A stretch of 64,000 nt of DNA, from the IMG/VR virus record IMGVR_UViG_3300043410_001256, positions 30,880-94,879 of that record; one strand, given 5' to 3'. This stretch comes from a virus. The translations under genes and the position numbers were made by a program. Positions 42,401-49,415 of the stretch are shown here, piece by piece. The notes beneath the pieces are model-generated. The model was not told the DNA's origin and ran no database searches. It saw only the letters and a program-made list of their open reading frames with translations. Positions within the stretch are counted from its first letter, which is position 1. Every line of letters begins with the position of its first letter.

Positions 42401-45400
42401 GGTACACCAGTGTTCCTACAGTTACTTTCAACGGTGGCAATGGAACTGGAGCAAGCGCAGCCGTACAATTAGTACAAGACCCAACAGCTCCTATTACTTC
42501 AACCACACTGAATAAGAAAATACGCAGTGTGTTAACCAAGATCAAATTTGATCGTATCAGTTATACCAGTGAATTAAAATTCTGGAAGCCTTACGAAATT
42601 TATCATCCAGGCGACCTGCTGGTACTAGACGATGTACGCGAACAGTATTTTGCCAATTACACAGAACGTACCTTGCCAAGATTTAGTTTTGTTTACAGAG
42701 TACTCAAGACACTAACTGGTAGAAGTTCAATTGACTTGAACCTGTTTGAAGATGCAACTGTTGTTGAAAAAATTAACGGATCAGATATTGAAAACGCCAA
42801 CGATAGAATTGCCGCTTACTTGCAACCTGGTAGTCCTGAAGTTGCTCAGATTTACAGTTCACCAAACACAATTCGTTTGGTCCCGGGCGCAATTAACGAT
42901 CAAATTATTTCCGTTGCTAAACAATGGAACTCTGTACGTCACAGTGTATTCTATCCTGTACAACACGGTTATCAATATGCCGCAGTTGGTGATGCTAGTT
43001 TGATTGGATTGAGCAAAGACGGTATTGAGTGGACAACAAATCGTATCACTGACACAGGTATTAATGCACGTGATGTGATTTTGTATCGTAACTATACCTG
43101 GGTGGTGGTTGCTAACCAAGGTACAATTTACACCAATGACGACGGCGAAAACTGGGTAAGTGAAAAAGTTAACACTTATAGATTCAGTCCTACCAACGAT
43201 AACGTAAACGGATTGATTCAAGAAAACATTGCACAAACTTTGGACATCACAGGTGGTGCAAGTGCAATGACCACTTATGCAGACTATCTGGTAATAGCTG
43301 GTAACAACGGTTTGATTCTAGCTAATGCACGAGGCAACTCATACTTTGATACAGCATTCAATGGCTGGTACAATGTTAAAGTACAAAATCAATTGATCAT
43401 TCAGAACTATCTGAAATTGATATCTATTGATTTTGGTTATCTAACTGACATTGACGGAACCACATACAAGGTTGAAATTCAACCAGTCAGCGGATACTTT
43501 ACAGAATCTATTTCTGTTGCGGCTCGCACCATGAAGGCAGGTTTTGTAATGACGCTGGGTATCAACGGTGCAATCAATGTGATTACATACAATGCGCTGG
43601 ATGATTACATGCAGGGTTACTTGTATGGCTACAACTATAACAATGGCAAAGCAGGCAACGTTAACTATCCATGGAAGCCACTGAGTGTTCCAATCGACGT
43701 TAAAGGCCTCAATGATGGCTACTCTGGACAGCAGTTAGCCAGTGTTGCAACCAGTGGCACAGACAGCAACTGGATTGTGGTAGTAGGCTCGGGCGGTACG
43801 CTGATATGGAACCAGTTTGGATTGGTCATTGAAGAACAAGAAGGTCGTGCTGAACTGGCACCAGATACAATTGATAAAACTGTAATCAACTATAAGTTTA
43901 ACTCATATGAAAACTTTAGAAAGTTTGATGCAGACAATTTTGTTGCACCATTAACTACTGCATACTTAGAAAACATTGACTTCAATGACATCACCTGGGA
44001 CGGTGAAAAGTTTGTAGTTGTTGGTAACAAGAGTATTATTCTGTGGGGCTACCCAGGATACATGAGCGAAGCCTACATTGAGATGGGCTTCTTAAGTCCT
44101 ACGCTGAGTGTAGCAACACTACGTGAGGCAGCAAGCTGGACTGGTGGATCAGGAATTACTTCACTGGTTATTCAAATTTCAGCTATTGACATTGATGCAA
44201 GATCCATAATGGTTGGCATGAATGCATCTGGTACAGGAATCCCAGCTGATGCAGTGGTGTCTAATGTTGTAGTAGGATTAACTACACATCTAATTACCAT
44301 AAGTTTTGCAGCCACAACTGTTGCTACTGCGTCTGAGCGCAATGTTCTATTCACCACTGGATTGAATTCAGGATTAGCCATTGGAGATAAGATCACAGTA
44401 TCCAACGGATCAACTACATCTCAACTAACAGTTTCACGTGCCGCAGTAAGGGGCGATAGAAAAATCTATGTTAGCGACTACAATCAAAACGTAGATGTTA
44501 ACTGGGCAATTTCTGGCACAGGTGTTCCTGTTAATATACGTGTAAGATTTGTTGGTAAGAAAGCTTCGTTCTCTTGGCAGTTTGCTCCTGGCGTAGAAGA
44601 AAACGTAAACTTGGACTACAGAACAGTTTCAGTTAATACCAAGACTATCACATTGAGCAAGCCATTGTTGACACACGGCGGAAACGTAACAGGTGTGTAC
44701 ACTGGCAACGTGGTTACATTCTACGATCCAACTGGCACAGTGATTTCATTGACTGCAACACAAAACTTGCCAGGCAATGCACAGATCCTGACATTTGATT
44801 CTATTAGAAATCTTGAAGTTGGATACGATCTACAGGCCAATACCAGCTTGGGTATCCAAGAAGGAACAAAGATTACCAGCGTGGTTAACTATAACATTGC
44901 TGGTGTTCTGAGTGGACTGCAAAAGGATATTCCAGCACTGGTGCCAGGAACTGGCTACACAGGAAGTCAAGTACAAGGCAAGAAATTCACCGACACAGTA
45001 GAAGATGCACTGGGCATGGACACAGTTATAACCAGTGAATTCACAGACGATTTATTGGGTGTAAGACCTGAGGACATTACTATTGATGGTGGTAAGTTTA
45101 TTGATACATACTCTAGCCATGCACCAGAAGAACTAGTTCCAGGGCAAGTTATTGACAGCTTGCAAATGAACGTGTTCACAGCCAATATTGTAAATGGACA
45201 ACCAGATTATGGTAATGTAATTGCCTACAAGATCTTCACCGATTACAAGTTGTCAACTACTTACTATCGTTTGGGTGCAAGCAGTACAACCATGTTAACA
45301 CAAGATTTGCGCTTTGACGATACACAAATTGCCGTTGATGATATCAGCAAGTTGCCAGACTCTGGTAGCGTGTGGATCAACGCAGAAAAGATAGTTTATC

Positions 45401-45663
45401 AATCAGTTGATCGTGTAAATGGACTACTACTAGATCTGCGTCGCGGAAGCCTAAGAACCAGTGTTGCTCCTATACATGAAATGGGCAGTCTGATCACTGA
45501 TGCGTCACCAAGTCAACTGGTTAACGAAGACTTTACAACACCAATCACCGAAGATGTAATAGTTGAAAACGGTATTGTCGGCGGTGCTAATACTTCAACT
45601 TATTTGAGCTCTGAAGTTACCAGCATACCGCAGGGCAGAATTTGGTTAGATTTGGACACATAA
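27403..45663 (+). CDS. Giant (6086 aa) multidomain baseplate/adhesion virion protein in the gp7 position
   Basis: Single uninterrupted ORF after gp6; GxGY..P.V.I modules, 7 FG-GAP blades, CBM-like and Asp-box-like segments. Confidence 0.85.
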   Translation: MSIKSINLLPEVFRSETNKKFLAATVDQLISEADTTVRVDSYIGRQDAPAWSTGDTYIKEPNTDRKNYQLESSVLVDAGQGQTDFYNGYLDLLQQISYYGGLTNDHSRLFSSDSYTFDGCFDIDKFVNFTQYLWLPNGPPEVTVTASNLDVSSLYNVSRSLAVQGYQFTEFGNDKNPIITLIKGQTYRIKVNQPGHPFWIQTNLGATGTYSESATELSRRVLGVNNNGIDVGEIEFSVPAGNAQDTFLTAKTAATVDFATTKKYSQIQGAMTNQLALIGGIDGVSQGLNGKTLIFLTDDNNNDAWTDPGNFDVGTENGQPGTFDYDGEGFEAGDTVAGVNRKGIFRIRLVSVAGGRQIVKLDPIQQVALGEKVYVKAGTKNSNVEYLLNQSNQYEAVPPLTASLDTLYYQDGSDNKFAGIIRLVNPGTETINIDEDIVGKVNYTSPNQVVFTNGLHVRFDDTAIPSSYANNNYIVEGVGDAIKLISIGNFSSPENYAQLSNLATPDYITINRASRDLNAWSRSNRWFHIETIESAAKYREEPALLDISGIQRAKRPIIEFDPDIYLFDYGRTAKSPVDIIDFTITDAFKEVEGQTNYVIRMPNGVTRALTAGTRIIFAADEDPEVNNKIYRVDFITTSTGTQIHLVSQNTSTLPTYTVNSAVITSNLSYNFIPSVTFSSPLPGIGTEVATGNVVLKTSGVDSIGVNNSGISYVADPYISISSDYTTAVETNIVYQPYKHVDYIRLVARGTGYTATNPNVHISNPNTYYAVISNATVGQFGLTFEANGITTSQWLGIQPGAQVIGNGIIGGTIITAVDQTANLITINAPAISANVDSVPPISGITTVAIGDQWVFKTNVTAGTYAVVQSTVQNAKTVTVDDTSMIDVGMIVSGGERPISISSIRIDVVPTRVITSSLHNLNDGDLIFIRDIVGTVELNFSRYYVKRISETAIDLYTDSSFSTAAQQDSRNFTDYVSGGLITAYTIDYAQTKVAKVLSSTQFVTDKNVTIRAGAKLVFAGVPATAIARSDGNSIYNISVTNAGSGYASAPTVTIEDTQGNQATATAVVNDNLISYVEIVNPGAGYKVGENVQAEIVSYVELKTSATSTYGTDTLYFAEGTDLSAIKPGWLVFLVSTINGNELYTDFGLTPYAETDYTGPNPDDYISFMDIALTRADIRTVVTVDTDRLVLDGPIRSLDSDGEVIDLPLDSKIFVTCQSRFFTEDGYGSSARVPGNTKSGFLSVAEIVTGNEMVLDTVAGVQPGMVVKDVSGYISYTVTVLNVDAYTRRIKLSGDVTVPALTPVYFNNNADITATIASSEIDYIDITNSGRGYVHAPQITIESLYPVVTKVAACTGSTNLITYLDPTTLAPIQYQSGKVLKVDTYTGVVVGAKVTSTYDNFGVGLTTGANTPKVVALVLEQTASAVFEKRIVLDILQPEFSDIEVTFTYAAEAVALIDQQNSAIDVEDTTPETYDVGDTVVVNIPTNARQTSTNIVTYNQYYFTGTEWLPAQQKSDTNQEPLFDAFDKNGYSAGDGTTYPGTKFTGTKIFGYRIGSGKADTVLNFSLTYKNFQNVGDIEFSNYFQTDTFSYLLGFGEVSIPIKNFVLKQSTSDSYRLRNIWTPVTEKSKQYQVITHQYDGTTNYFEVDIEPETSNTIPYLKVFVGTTLLDSTQYVLTQFGGRKAIVINTSNLDTNKQVIIKIYSKSQSTIGHYETPVNFDLNPLNNNFEYLTLGQIRNHLVTKTQNHYGLVGPTLGNNNLRNISNKSWQGSILQHASPVAMAALFMTDKDLNVVQAIEFAQKEYSKFKNRFLDMAAKSQIDPYDIPASVDRVLESIMVGKSSMSPWYDSDMVPYGSKFRKTTRIPVLNVRQKTYLIPDTFDPTVLSRRAVLVYLQDTTTRTVQQLIRGIDFDFLTDTSSILVKDSVSLTYTSVIVIVDYSTTVENYIPETPTKLGMYPKFTPTLIVDDSYRTPINVIQGHDGSLTPAFNDYRDDMLLELERRIYNNIKVEYDDTLLEIYDDIPGKFRSTDYSRQEFNQLITRTFLSWIGNNRLDYSSNSYFDPNNSWTWNYARFKDSTGESLPGYWRGVYKYFYDTDRPHTMPWEMLGFSTKPDWWETYYGPAPYTSGNKVLWEDLEAGRIVDGTRAGIDLRFARPGLSKIIPVTDTGELVSPINLGVTNYNPTDTSASFSIGDHGPVETAWRRSSDYPYAVQIALILARPGFYLGTQFDNNRYRYDSELKQITDITSRQRLILDQIVVPDSGLKDSDVALTAGYSNWIRDFLVQQGIDGSARMRDWLKRLDVRLSYKLAGFTDKNMMEVVAEQSSPGGSGRNIIIPDENYRVHLHKSTPVKRLIYSAIIVEVTTNGWKVSGYDILRPYFTIVPSEINNNAYSISELGLSVRVYRDYQLRKLTIPYGFEFKTHQQLADFLTSYGRYLTANGFNFERNNDELGTAQDWDLAIREFLTWSRQGWAPGNVIVLSPVGSNISVTADYGVVDHITNRLIGNKLLDQNFALIRQGDYTVTRDQGVFTANALYGKMIALADLSLVEYEHVLIFDNQTVFNDVIYQPEIGNRQYRLRLIGFKSGNWTGQLNAPGYIYNSQEVDEWQPGGTYSIGSLVSYKNQYFVALQKVPESTTFNFNYWKPIDKNRIKTGLLPNLSNSAGRLKHVYDMEYQDRDENFDKYSYGLIGFRNREYLNDLGIENRAQVKFYQGYIKQKGTKNAIERLTSGNFDRVTSEITLYEEWALRVGEYGATGSDQYIEVELSDQSFTEDPATINLLDKDEADVSGVINFTPYTIYRTSEENYSKNIVKTRSDLKPRIGDNVTAGYPRLDDVDGTIYNIENYQNYYQLVNTLGAGYKLWVAVDFNKSWNMYRATETDVLLNSITRTSGTDLLFTFDKPHGASVKELIVIKNFNNNEFDGFYIVKTIEDNLSVLVTGYRGLETFAQVQSVESEGVYFRMISVRFNLVSEIIEFTPPHGWRDQDRVWVDNDQAENVWGVFQKIDGWQFDQLLPLRQGEDRYQEGYGSEVRLSSDNQIILAGTPYFTNGSLTGLRIIDPGANYSNPVVRITAPTGLNGEQASFSVTKDNGTLTKANVLTTGAGYTISPNVTLLDEWNTITTAETLNTDWLYVSTADLDHIYLGDYVIGDGIPADYQVTDTDLAGHRVKIEGPAYAGLISATPIPVATGTVTFTTNLPATLTPIVPGAGIRAYKTGDLSTYIEGYVIDFTGTTLTAQIEIVQGTGSATSWVITTSLSVRSGKDVKFYRGTGGRVVSKLSPTGVDYIEIVNGGSGFIITPTVEIVGGGGFGATARAVLTGGRITEVVITNQGSGYTEEPEVILLTNNPTPVTLRARLKLTSVDQFVITDKGQDYREPTITISTHSSDYANNARADLSFYSNGGIQSVGFTGATASRGRSYGSGTIITMANSATGSGFSGTVTTFANGAINTITILNPGSDYDTQYTYANLYYGGGTGATGNIGRTIDGISNFTGTSVISYGQGYLEIPTVEIVDLSGTGSGAIVEAVLPIGQVKTFLRPDQNKTTIEETQLIKPFNSYAREFGYSVDIGTILAAIGAPGSYNDTGGVFISQTLGSQWISYQLLYPADLMAGDRFGHSVAMSPDQQWIYIGAPGANKVYAYGKKTQNYSRVTLTPVTNQLSYATNLFNLKSASELKVLGSNGKLYEPNFDYTVDNAGGIYFADYDRIATQEKIYINRLRLQTTITPTIIRNLVTRSYALESRPETIDQLLVYGATGRVFVPNREYTVIGGNIVFLTDDFLSEPTIVVVQKDVFYQLVDVIEPPDSINSDANFGWSVKCDQGGYRIIVGAPDVDDMDVDMNTIPSAGRVYTFSRSYEVLLSLGDTNIYTLDALRNVVAVTIDNILLTNLVDYNVEGNSIVLSVIPRNGARIKIDTNFFNIIQILPCPTVVNLGRFGYTVDISPDNKSLVVGSPGYRDEVYYNGQVYRYVNKGLYYGTVTTEKTYLEVGVTLGDTIKINDKNASLSQIVPGVTSNVNAMFSTIANEISLASNVGLAIGDSVIGPDIKKTDRIQITGWAGASPGYYSNVIVNLPVTVSAGDSLQFIRYGDNLDKIKKNLDAANAVAVETTVDESGYLTIAVKTDSNLGALDILPGASGTALDGIGLKIYELTQVLQHPRYGVPEKFGTRVAIDDTGNTVAVASEGGNTLKTSTFDGKLTLFDTDTTRFIDSLNASGAVYLYDYLNPPGETLANPGKLLYNQVLQNAFVLTGDNFGSSVDVNRGWALVGADRSDYHSPDAGAVHMFVNEKNVKGWSRLRERGDQIDIDYINKALLYDKVKQVSIIDLDYFDPVKGKILGIVDQDLDYKSSYDPAQYNRGVRTTVNIAEDSSWNASQVGQTWWDLSLCRYIDYEQGPLNYRSTNWGTLFPDSQIQVAEWVSSPVLPSQYAEFSGDGQAKYPDNSAYVEEAYYESTSGLIKTQYYFWVVNKQLFDRTKTSRVSSVVTLESLISDPAAQGVPYVAAIASNAFNIYNFKEYLKASDTVFRLEYSRKLGDIISHNEYELIQQGDENARIPQKLISKLIDSLSGENSTGAVVPDLKLTTADAYGISNLPRQSMIIDNLSAAKVFVSFVNNILLKKQINNKRNLARFYAAEEIPAAGVGFYDAAVDTVDQLLYIPASELFDGFKVLVKVDSDFFNYWTIYEYNQYVGFRMIRIQSYDTSRWWNFADWYADGYDQYTNIDYIVNRYNDIAKLSLNVGNTVKVLDLGKGLYSVYEYQVDGSLIEVIAEKGTIQLSSGLYNTDISRTGFDNSAFDQVGFSTTQSIELRNIFEGLVYDIFVNEDQVEINNLFFTLLNYILSEQVVVDWAIKTSLVTVLHKIRKLEQFTNYIKDNQTYYESYINEVKPYRTQIREYLLDYNGIENLNPGVSDFDFPSYYDKSIGNYKVLDPANARDLILINGSNRRDWIENYKYRIQSLALNSGGAGYTIAPRVSITGGGGTGATARAVLGIPVADGTASVVEVILTNPGSGYTSVPTVTFNGGNGTGASAAVQLVQDPTAPITSTTLNKKIRSVLTKIKFDRISYTSELKFWKPYEIYHPGDLLVLDDVREQYFANYTERTLPRFSFVYRVLKTLTGRSSIDLNLFEDATVVEKINGSDIENANDRIAAYLQPGSPEVAQIYSSPNTIRLVPGAINDQIISVAKQWNSVRHSVFYPVQHGYQYAAVGDASLIGLSKDGIEWTTNRITDTGINARDVILYRNYTWVVVANQGTIYTNDDGENWVSEKVNTYRFSPTNDNVNGLIQENIAQTLDITGGASAMTTYADYLVIAGNNGLILANARGNSYFDTAFNGWYNVKVQNQLIIQNYLKLISIDFGYLTDIDGTTYKVEIQPVSGYFTESISVAARTMKAGFVMTLGINGAINVITYNALDDYMQGYLYGYNYNNGKAGNVNYPWKPLSVPIDVKGLNDGYSGQQLASVATSGTDSNWIVVVGSGGTLIWNQFGLVIEEQEGRAELAPDTIDKTVINYKFNSYENFRKFDADNFVAPLTTAYLENIDFNDITWDGEKFVVVGNKSIILWGYPGYMSEAYIEMGFLSPTLSVATLREAASWTGGSGITSLVIQISAIDIDARSIMVGMNASGTGIPADAVVSNVVVGLTTHLITISFAATTVATASERNVLFTTGLNSGLAIGDKITVSNGSTTSQLTVSRAAVRGDRKIYVSDYNQNVDVNWAISGTGVPVNIRVRFVGKKASFSWQFAPGVEENVNLDYRTVSVNTKTITLSKPLLTHGGNVTGVYTGNVVTFYDPTGTVISLTATQNLPGNAQILTFDSIRNLEVGYDLQANTSLGIQEGTKITSVVNYNIAGVLSGLQKDIPALVPGTGYTGSQVQGKKFTDTVEDALGMDTVITSEFTDDLLGVRPEDITIDGGKFIDTYSSHAPEELVPGQVIDSLQMNVFTANIVNGQPDYGNVIAYKIFTDYKLSTTYYRLGASSTTMLTQDLRFDDTQIAVDDISKLPDSGSVWINAEKIVYQSVDRVNGLLLDLRRGSLRTSVAPIHEMGSLITDASPSQLVNEDFTTPITEDVIVENGIVGGANTSTYLSSEVTSIPQGRIWLDLDT

Positions 45664-46061
45664 TGGAAATATTATCAAATGTTCTTACGCTAGGCACAGG
45701 CCTGTATCGAGCTCAAACGCTACAGGCCGAATTCCTACGAGGCAACAAAGCCTATGACCCTGGCATTGATCCCCGCCTGCCCAAGCATGATACCCTAGCA
45801 GGCAATCTTACAATCTGGGCCAACGCTGAAATCAAGGTTTCAAACATCAGTTTGTATTCAGCACCCGATGCAGAAAATGGAATTTATGGGGTAGTACGCA
45901 TACGTGAAGAAGTTATACGCTACGCAGATAGGTTTGTTGCAAACAGTACACTGACCACGCTGACCAGAAATGTAGCAAACACTTTGAACTGCACGATTTC
46001 GGGCAACTTAACCAGCGGGAATTTGGTTTCCGTGTTGGGTTTACAAACAGTTACAGACTAG
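45663..46061 (+). CDS. Small virion protein related to the last domain of the giant protein
   Basis: ATG overlaps giant ORF stop (TAATG); GVVRIREEVIRY...LTTLTR resembles GSVWINAEKIVY...LLDLRR. Confidence 0.7.
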   Translation: MEILSNVLTLGTGLYRAQTLQAEFLRGNKAYDPGIDPRLPKHDTLAGNLTIWANAEIKVSNISLYSAPDAENGIYGVVRIREEVIRYADRFVANSTLTTLTRNVANTLNCTISGNLTSGNLVSVLGLQTVTD

Positions 46062-46073
46062 GATTCAAGTTAT

Positions 46074-46081
46074 GCTAAATA
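46074..46081 (+). promoter_or_regulatory. Late promoter GCTAAATA
   Basis: TAAATA 5 nt before ATG 46087. Confidence 0.6.
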
Positions 46082-46086
46082 AGGAT

Positions 46087-46779
46087 ATGGACAAAAATAC
46101 GGATAAAAACATGCAAGATCAGTCTGGAAATCCTTTTGAAAAACAAGATCAAGCCAAATTGCCAGATGTCACAGCTGGAATTTATGTGCGTGGTCACATC
46201 AAAATACACGACCCAACCACCGGCGAAGTTTTCATTGACAAGCCAAATGCTATTCACTACGAAAACATGAGTGAAGCTATTGCTTATGCGTTGAGTCACA
46301 GAGACCAGCAGTATATGTATGAAATGCACTTTGGCAATGGCGGTACCGCTGTTGACAGCACAGGTGTAATTACATATCTTGCCCCAAACACTACAAACCA
46401 ATCAGCTGATTTGTACAACCCAACGTACTACAAAATCATTGATGACACAGACACAAACAACAATGCAGACGTAGCTCACAACAAAATGCAGGTGCGTCAT
46501 ATTGCAGGTAACCCCTACTCAGACATTATTATTACTTGTTTGCTAGACTACGGCGAGCCTGCAACACAAGCAGTATTTGATAACAGTACAACACTAAATG
46601 ATACCTATACGTTTGATGAACTAGGTATCAAAGCACGTGCTATTGATGGCACCGCAGGCGCAGGCAAATTGCTTACACACGTAATTTTCCACCCAGTGCA
46701 GAAGTCACTGAACCGCTTGATTCAAATTGATTATACCGTGAGGATCCAGACACTAACCAATCTCAGTGCAATAGGATAA
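46087..46779 (+). CDS. Baseplate/fibre attachment protein
   Basis: FGNGGT, FDELGI, LLTHVIFHPVQKSLNRLIQIDY resemble fibre-collar/baseplate domains; precedes fibre genes; start moved from 46072 because of the promoter position. Confidence 0.6.
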   Translation: MDKNTDKNMQDQSGNPFEKQDQAKLPDVTAGIYVRGHIKIHDPTTGEVFIDKPNAIHYENMSEAIAYALSHRDQQYMYEMHFGNGGTAVDSTGVITYLAPNTTNQSADLYNPTYYKIIDDTDTNNNADVAHNKMQVRHIAGNPYSDIIITCLLDYGEPATQAVFDNSTTLNDTYTFDELGIKARAIDGTAGAGKLLTHVIFHPVQKSLNRLIQIDYTVRIQTLTNLSAIG

Positions 46780-46784
46780 AGTAA

Positions 46785-49367
46785 ATGGCTTATACGATAA
46801 CTAAAACCAACGGTGACACACTAACTACAATTCCCGATACAGAATTGAACAGGGATTACGGGCTCACCTTGGTTGGCCGTAATTACGCAGGTTATGGTAT
46901 CTACCTAAATGACAATTTTATTTCCTTGATGGAAAACTTTGCCAAAGATACAGCGCCAGCAACTCCACTAGAAGGCCAGTTGTGGTGGAACACCAGCGAA
47001 ATGAGTTTGCAGGTCTGGGAAGGATCTGTTTGGAAAAAACTAAGTTTCCTAACAACAAATTCTGTAGCTCCTTCCGCAACAGGCCGCACAGTAGGTGACC
47101 TATGGTGGGACACAGCCAACCAACAGTTAAAGGCCTGGGCAGGAGAAGTAACCAGTAATGTACTAGCGCAGTATTCTACTACCAGCTATATTGTTGCGCT
47201 GGCCAGCACTGACAATGTTAGAATTGGTGATATCCTTACCACTGGCAATGTGTTGTCTGCAAATGCTGTGACTGTGACACAGATACTCAGCAGTGGCAAC
47301 GTTAGAATAAACACTCCTGCTACAATCTATGCAACTGAAACTGTAAGATTCACTAGAAATTCTGGCTGGAACGTTATTGGTCCAGGGTATACAAAAGATC
47401 AACAGATCACTGGTATCTATCCTAGAACCATTACAGACGTCAACGGCACTGTAAGAACATTAGGTTTGATCTACCAAAAAGGTCAAATTGTTGGAACCAT
47501 AAGCAGAGACAACGAGTACACACCAAGAGATGCAGATGCAATTGAAAGACTGCCAATTATCAAACCTGGTATTACTTTAATTGAAACAGCCGGTCCTCAA
47601 TATGTTAAGAGCGTGGCAGCAAATGCCGCTGGCGCAGGCGGTACAACTGTCGTAACATTGTCTAGTACCAGCGACCTAGCAGTTGGCGACATTGTAATTG
47701 CGGCAAACATTGCGTACAGCGCAAACAAAACAATTCAAGAAATCTATGCCAACAACGCAATACGTGTCAATGTAACAGATTTCTTTACAGAAAACGAAGT
47801 ACTAACATTCCAACGTGGATCCGACGAAAGCGTATTGTTCCATGGAACAGCAACAGATGCACAAAGATTAAACGGCAAAACGTCAGACCTATTTGCCACA
47901 CTATCAACTGAACAATGGTTCCGCGATAACCTAGCAGTTGAAGGCAACATCTATCTTGGCGCCAACTCAACTCCAGCAGTTAACAAAACAGTGTTCTGGC
48001 AACAGAATGCCAACCTAAACATTACCAATACTCAGAACTTAGGTAACATTAATCTAAGCACACGTATTTCTGGTATTGCTAATCCTGTAACAGTTTTATC
48101 TATCAGTGGTTTAACTGGACTAAGCAGTGTTCGCGGAGACCCAACGACAGCCAATGGTATTGCTACAAAAAATTATGTAGACACAACCAGCGGAGTGGTA
48201 CTTGGCGCATTGTCTGCTAATATTGATGCAATTATTAATAATGCACCAGTCAGCAAGAGAGACTTTGGTAATGTAGCCACAATACTTACTAGTTTTGAAA
48301 ATACATTTGTCACAGTTAATGCAACACTGGATGCCAAAGCAGATGTTGATAGTCCTGCTTTGACAGGAACACCGACTGCACCTACAGCGGCATTTGGTTC
48401 AAATTCCACAGCGATAGCAACCACTGCGTTTGCAACCAATTTGATTTCTTATACATCGTCATTGATCAATGCAAACATTGCGGCAGCTAATTCTCAAATT
48501 TCGCTACGTGCAACAATAAACAGTCCTGCGTTCACAGGCGTACCAACTGCACCTACACCAGCATCTAACACAAACACAACACAAATTGCTACTACTGCAT
48601 TTGTACAAGATCTATTAGAAACTGCAACATCTGACATTAGCGGGTCAGTGTCGGGTAAAGCTCCTATTAACAGTCCTACATTCACAGGATCTCCAGCGGC
48701 ACCTACACAAACATCAACAGACAGCAGTACCAAGTTAGCTACTACTGCTTTCGTGCAAGCTCAGAAAGTAGCACCGGCATTTACAGGGATACCAACTGCA
48801 CCAACAGCGGCAGCAGGTACAAACACAACACAACTTGCTACCACTGCATTTGTTCAAGGCGAAAAAGCATCGCCAGTGTTTACAGGTGTACCAACTGCAC
48901 CAACAGCGGCAGCAGGTACAAACACAAATCAGTTGGCAACAACCAGATTCGTAAACGAGTCTAGTCCTGTGTTGTCAGTAAATGGCAAAAACGGAGCAAT
49001 AACCCTTGGTGTTGCTGACATCACTGGCGCCGCACCAATTAACAATCCAGCATTCACTGGAACACCAACACTAACAACTATTCCTATCGCAGGAGATGAT
49101 TCGGCTGCTATCCCATCAACATCGTGGGTTAAAGATATCACAGATCTTTTAGCACCAATGTCCAGCCCAACATTCATTGGCACTGTAACAGTTCCAAATC
49201 CAAGCAGTAGCAGTGACACCACTGTGGCTGCAACTACTTCTTGGGTTAGAGCAAGAATAGCCAGTGCAGACGTTCCAAAGTGGGGCGGGTCAACCAAATA
49301 CATATCGCAAAACGAACCAGGTACTGGTGATGGGGCAAATGGCGATATTTGGTTCAAGTATCTCTAA
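46785..49367 (+). CDS. Tail fibre protein 1 (gp9/gp10-like N-terminus, PxFTGxPTAPT repeats)
   Basis: MAYTITKTNG...LTLVGRNYAGYG...LMENFA...GQLWW; seven collar-type repeats. Confidence 0.85.
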   Translation: MAYTITKTNGDTLTTIPDTELNRDYGLTLVGRNYAGYGIYLNDNFISLMENFAKDTAPATPLEGQLWWNTSEMSLQVWEGSVWKKLSFLTTNSVAPSATGRTVGDLWWDTANQQLKAWAGEVTSNVLAQYSTTSYIVALASTDNVRIGDILTTGNVLSANAVTVTQILSSGNVRINTPATIYATETVRFTRNSGWNVIGPGYTKDQQITGIYPRTITDVNGTVRTLGLIYQKGQIVGTISRDNEYTPRDADAIERLPIIKPGITLIETAGPQYVKSVAANAAGAGGTTVVTLSSTSDLAVGDIVIAANIAYSANKTIQEIYANNAIRVNVTDFFTENEVLTFQRGSDESVLFHGTATDAQRLNGKTSDLFATLSTEQWFRDNLAVEGNIYLGANSTPAVNKTVFWQQNANLNITNTQNLGNINLSTRISGIANPVTVLSISGLTGLSSVRGDPTTANGIATKNYVDTTSGVVLGALSANIDAIINNAPVSKRDFGNVATILTSFENTFVTVNATLDAKADVDSPALTGTPTAPTAAFGSNSTAIATTAFATNLISYTSSLINANIAAANSQISLRATINSPAFTGVPTAPTPASNTNTTQIATTAFVQDLLETATSDISGSVSGKAPINSPTFTGSPAAPTQTSTDSSTKLATTAFVQAQKVAPAFTGIPTAPTAAAGTNTTQLATTAFVQGEKASPVFTGVPTAPTAAAGTNTNQLATTRFVNESSPVLSVNGKNGAITLGVADITGAAPINNPAFTGTPTLTTIPIAGDDSAAIPSTSWVKDITDLLAPMSSPTFIGTVTVPNPSSSSDTTVAATTSWVRARIASADVPKWGGSTKYISQNEPGTGDGANGDIWFKYL
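48340..49250 (+). repeat. Seven coding repeats (S/N/A)PxFTGxPTAPT...ATTAFV, including a 39-bp exact duplication (48790-48828 = 48889-48927)
   Basis: Read directly in DNA and protein. Confidence 0.85.
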
Positions 49368-49386
49368 TTATAGGGTTATAACTTTG

Positions 49387-49394
49387 CATAAATA
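49387..49394 (+). promoter_or_regulatory. Late promoter CATAAATA(TACG)
   Basis: Intergenic; GGAG SD follows. Confidence 0.7.
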
Positions 49395-49415
49395 TACGAA
49401 ATCGGAGTCCAGATA

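Noticed and set aside
48790-48927. 39-bp direct repeat as a DGR template/variable repeat pair
   Set aside because: Exact in-frame tandem coding duplication, no adenine-specific mismatches, no reverse transcriptase in the window
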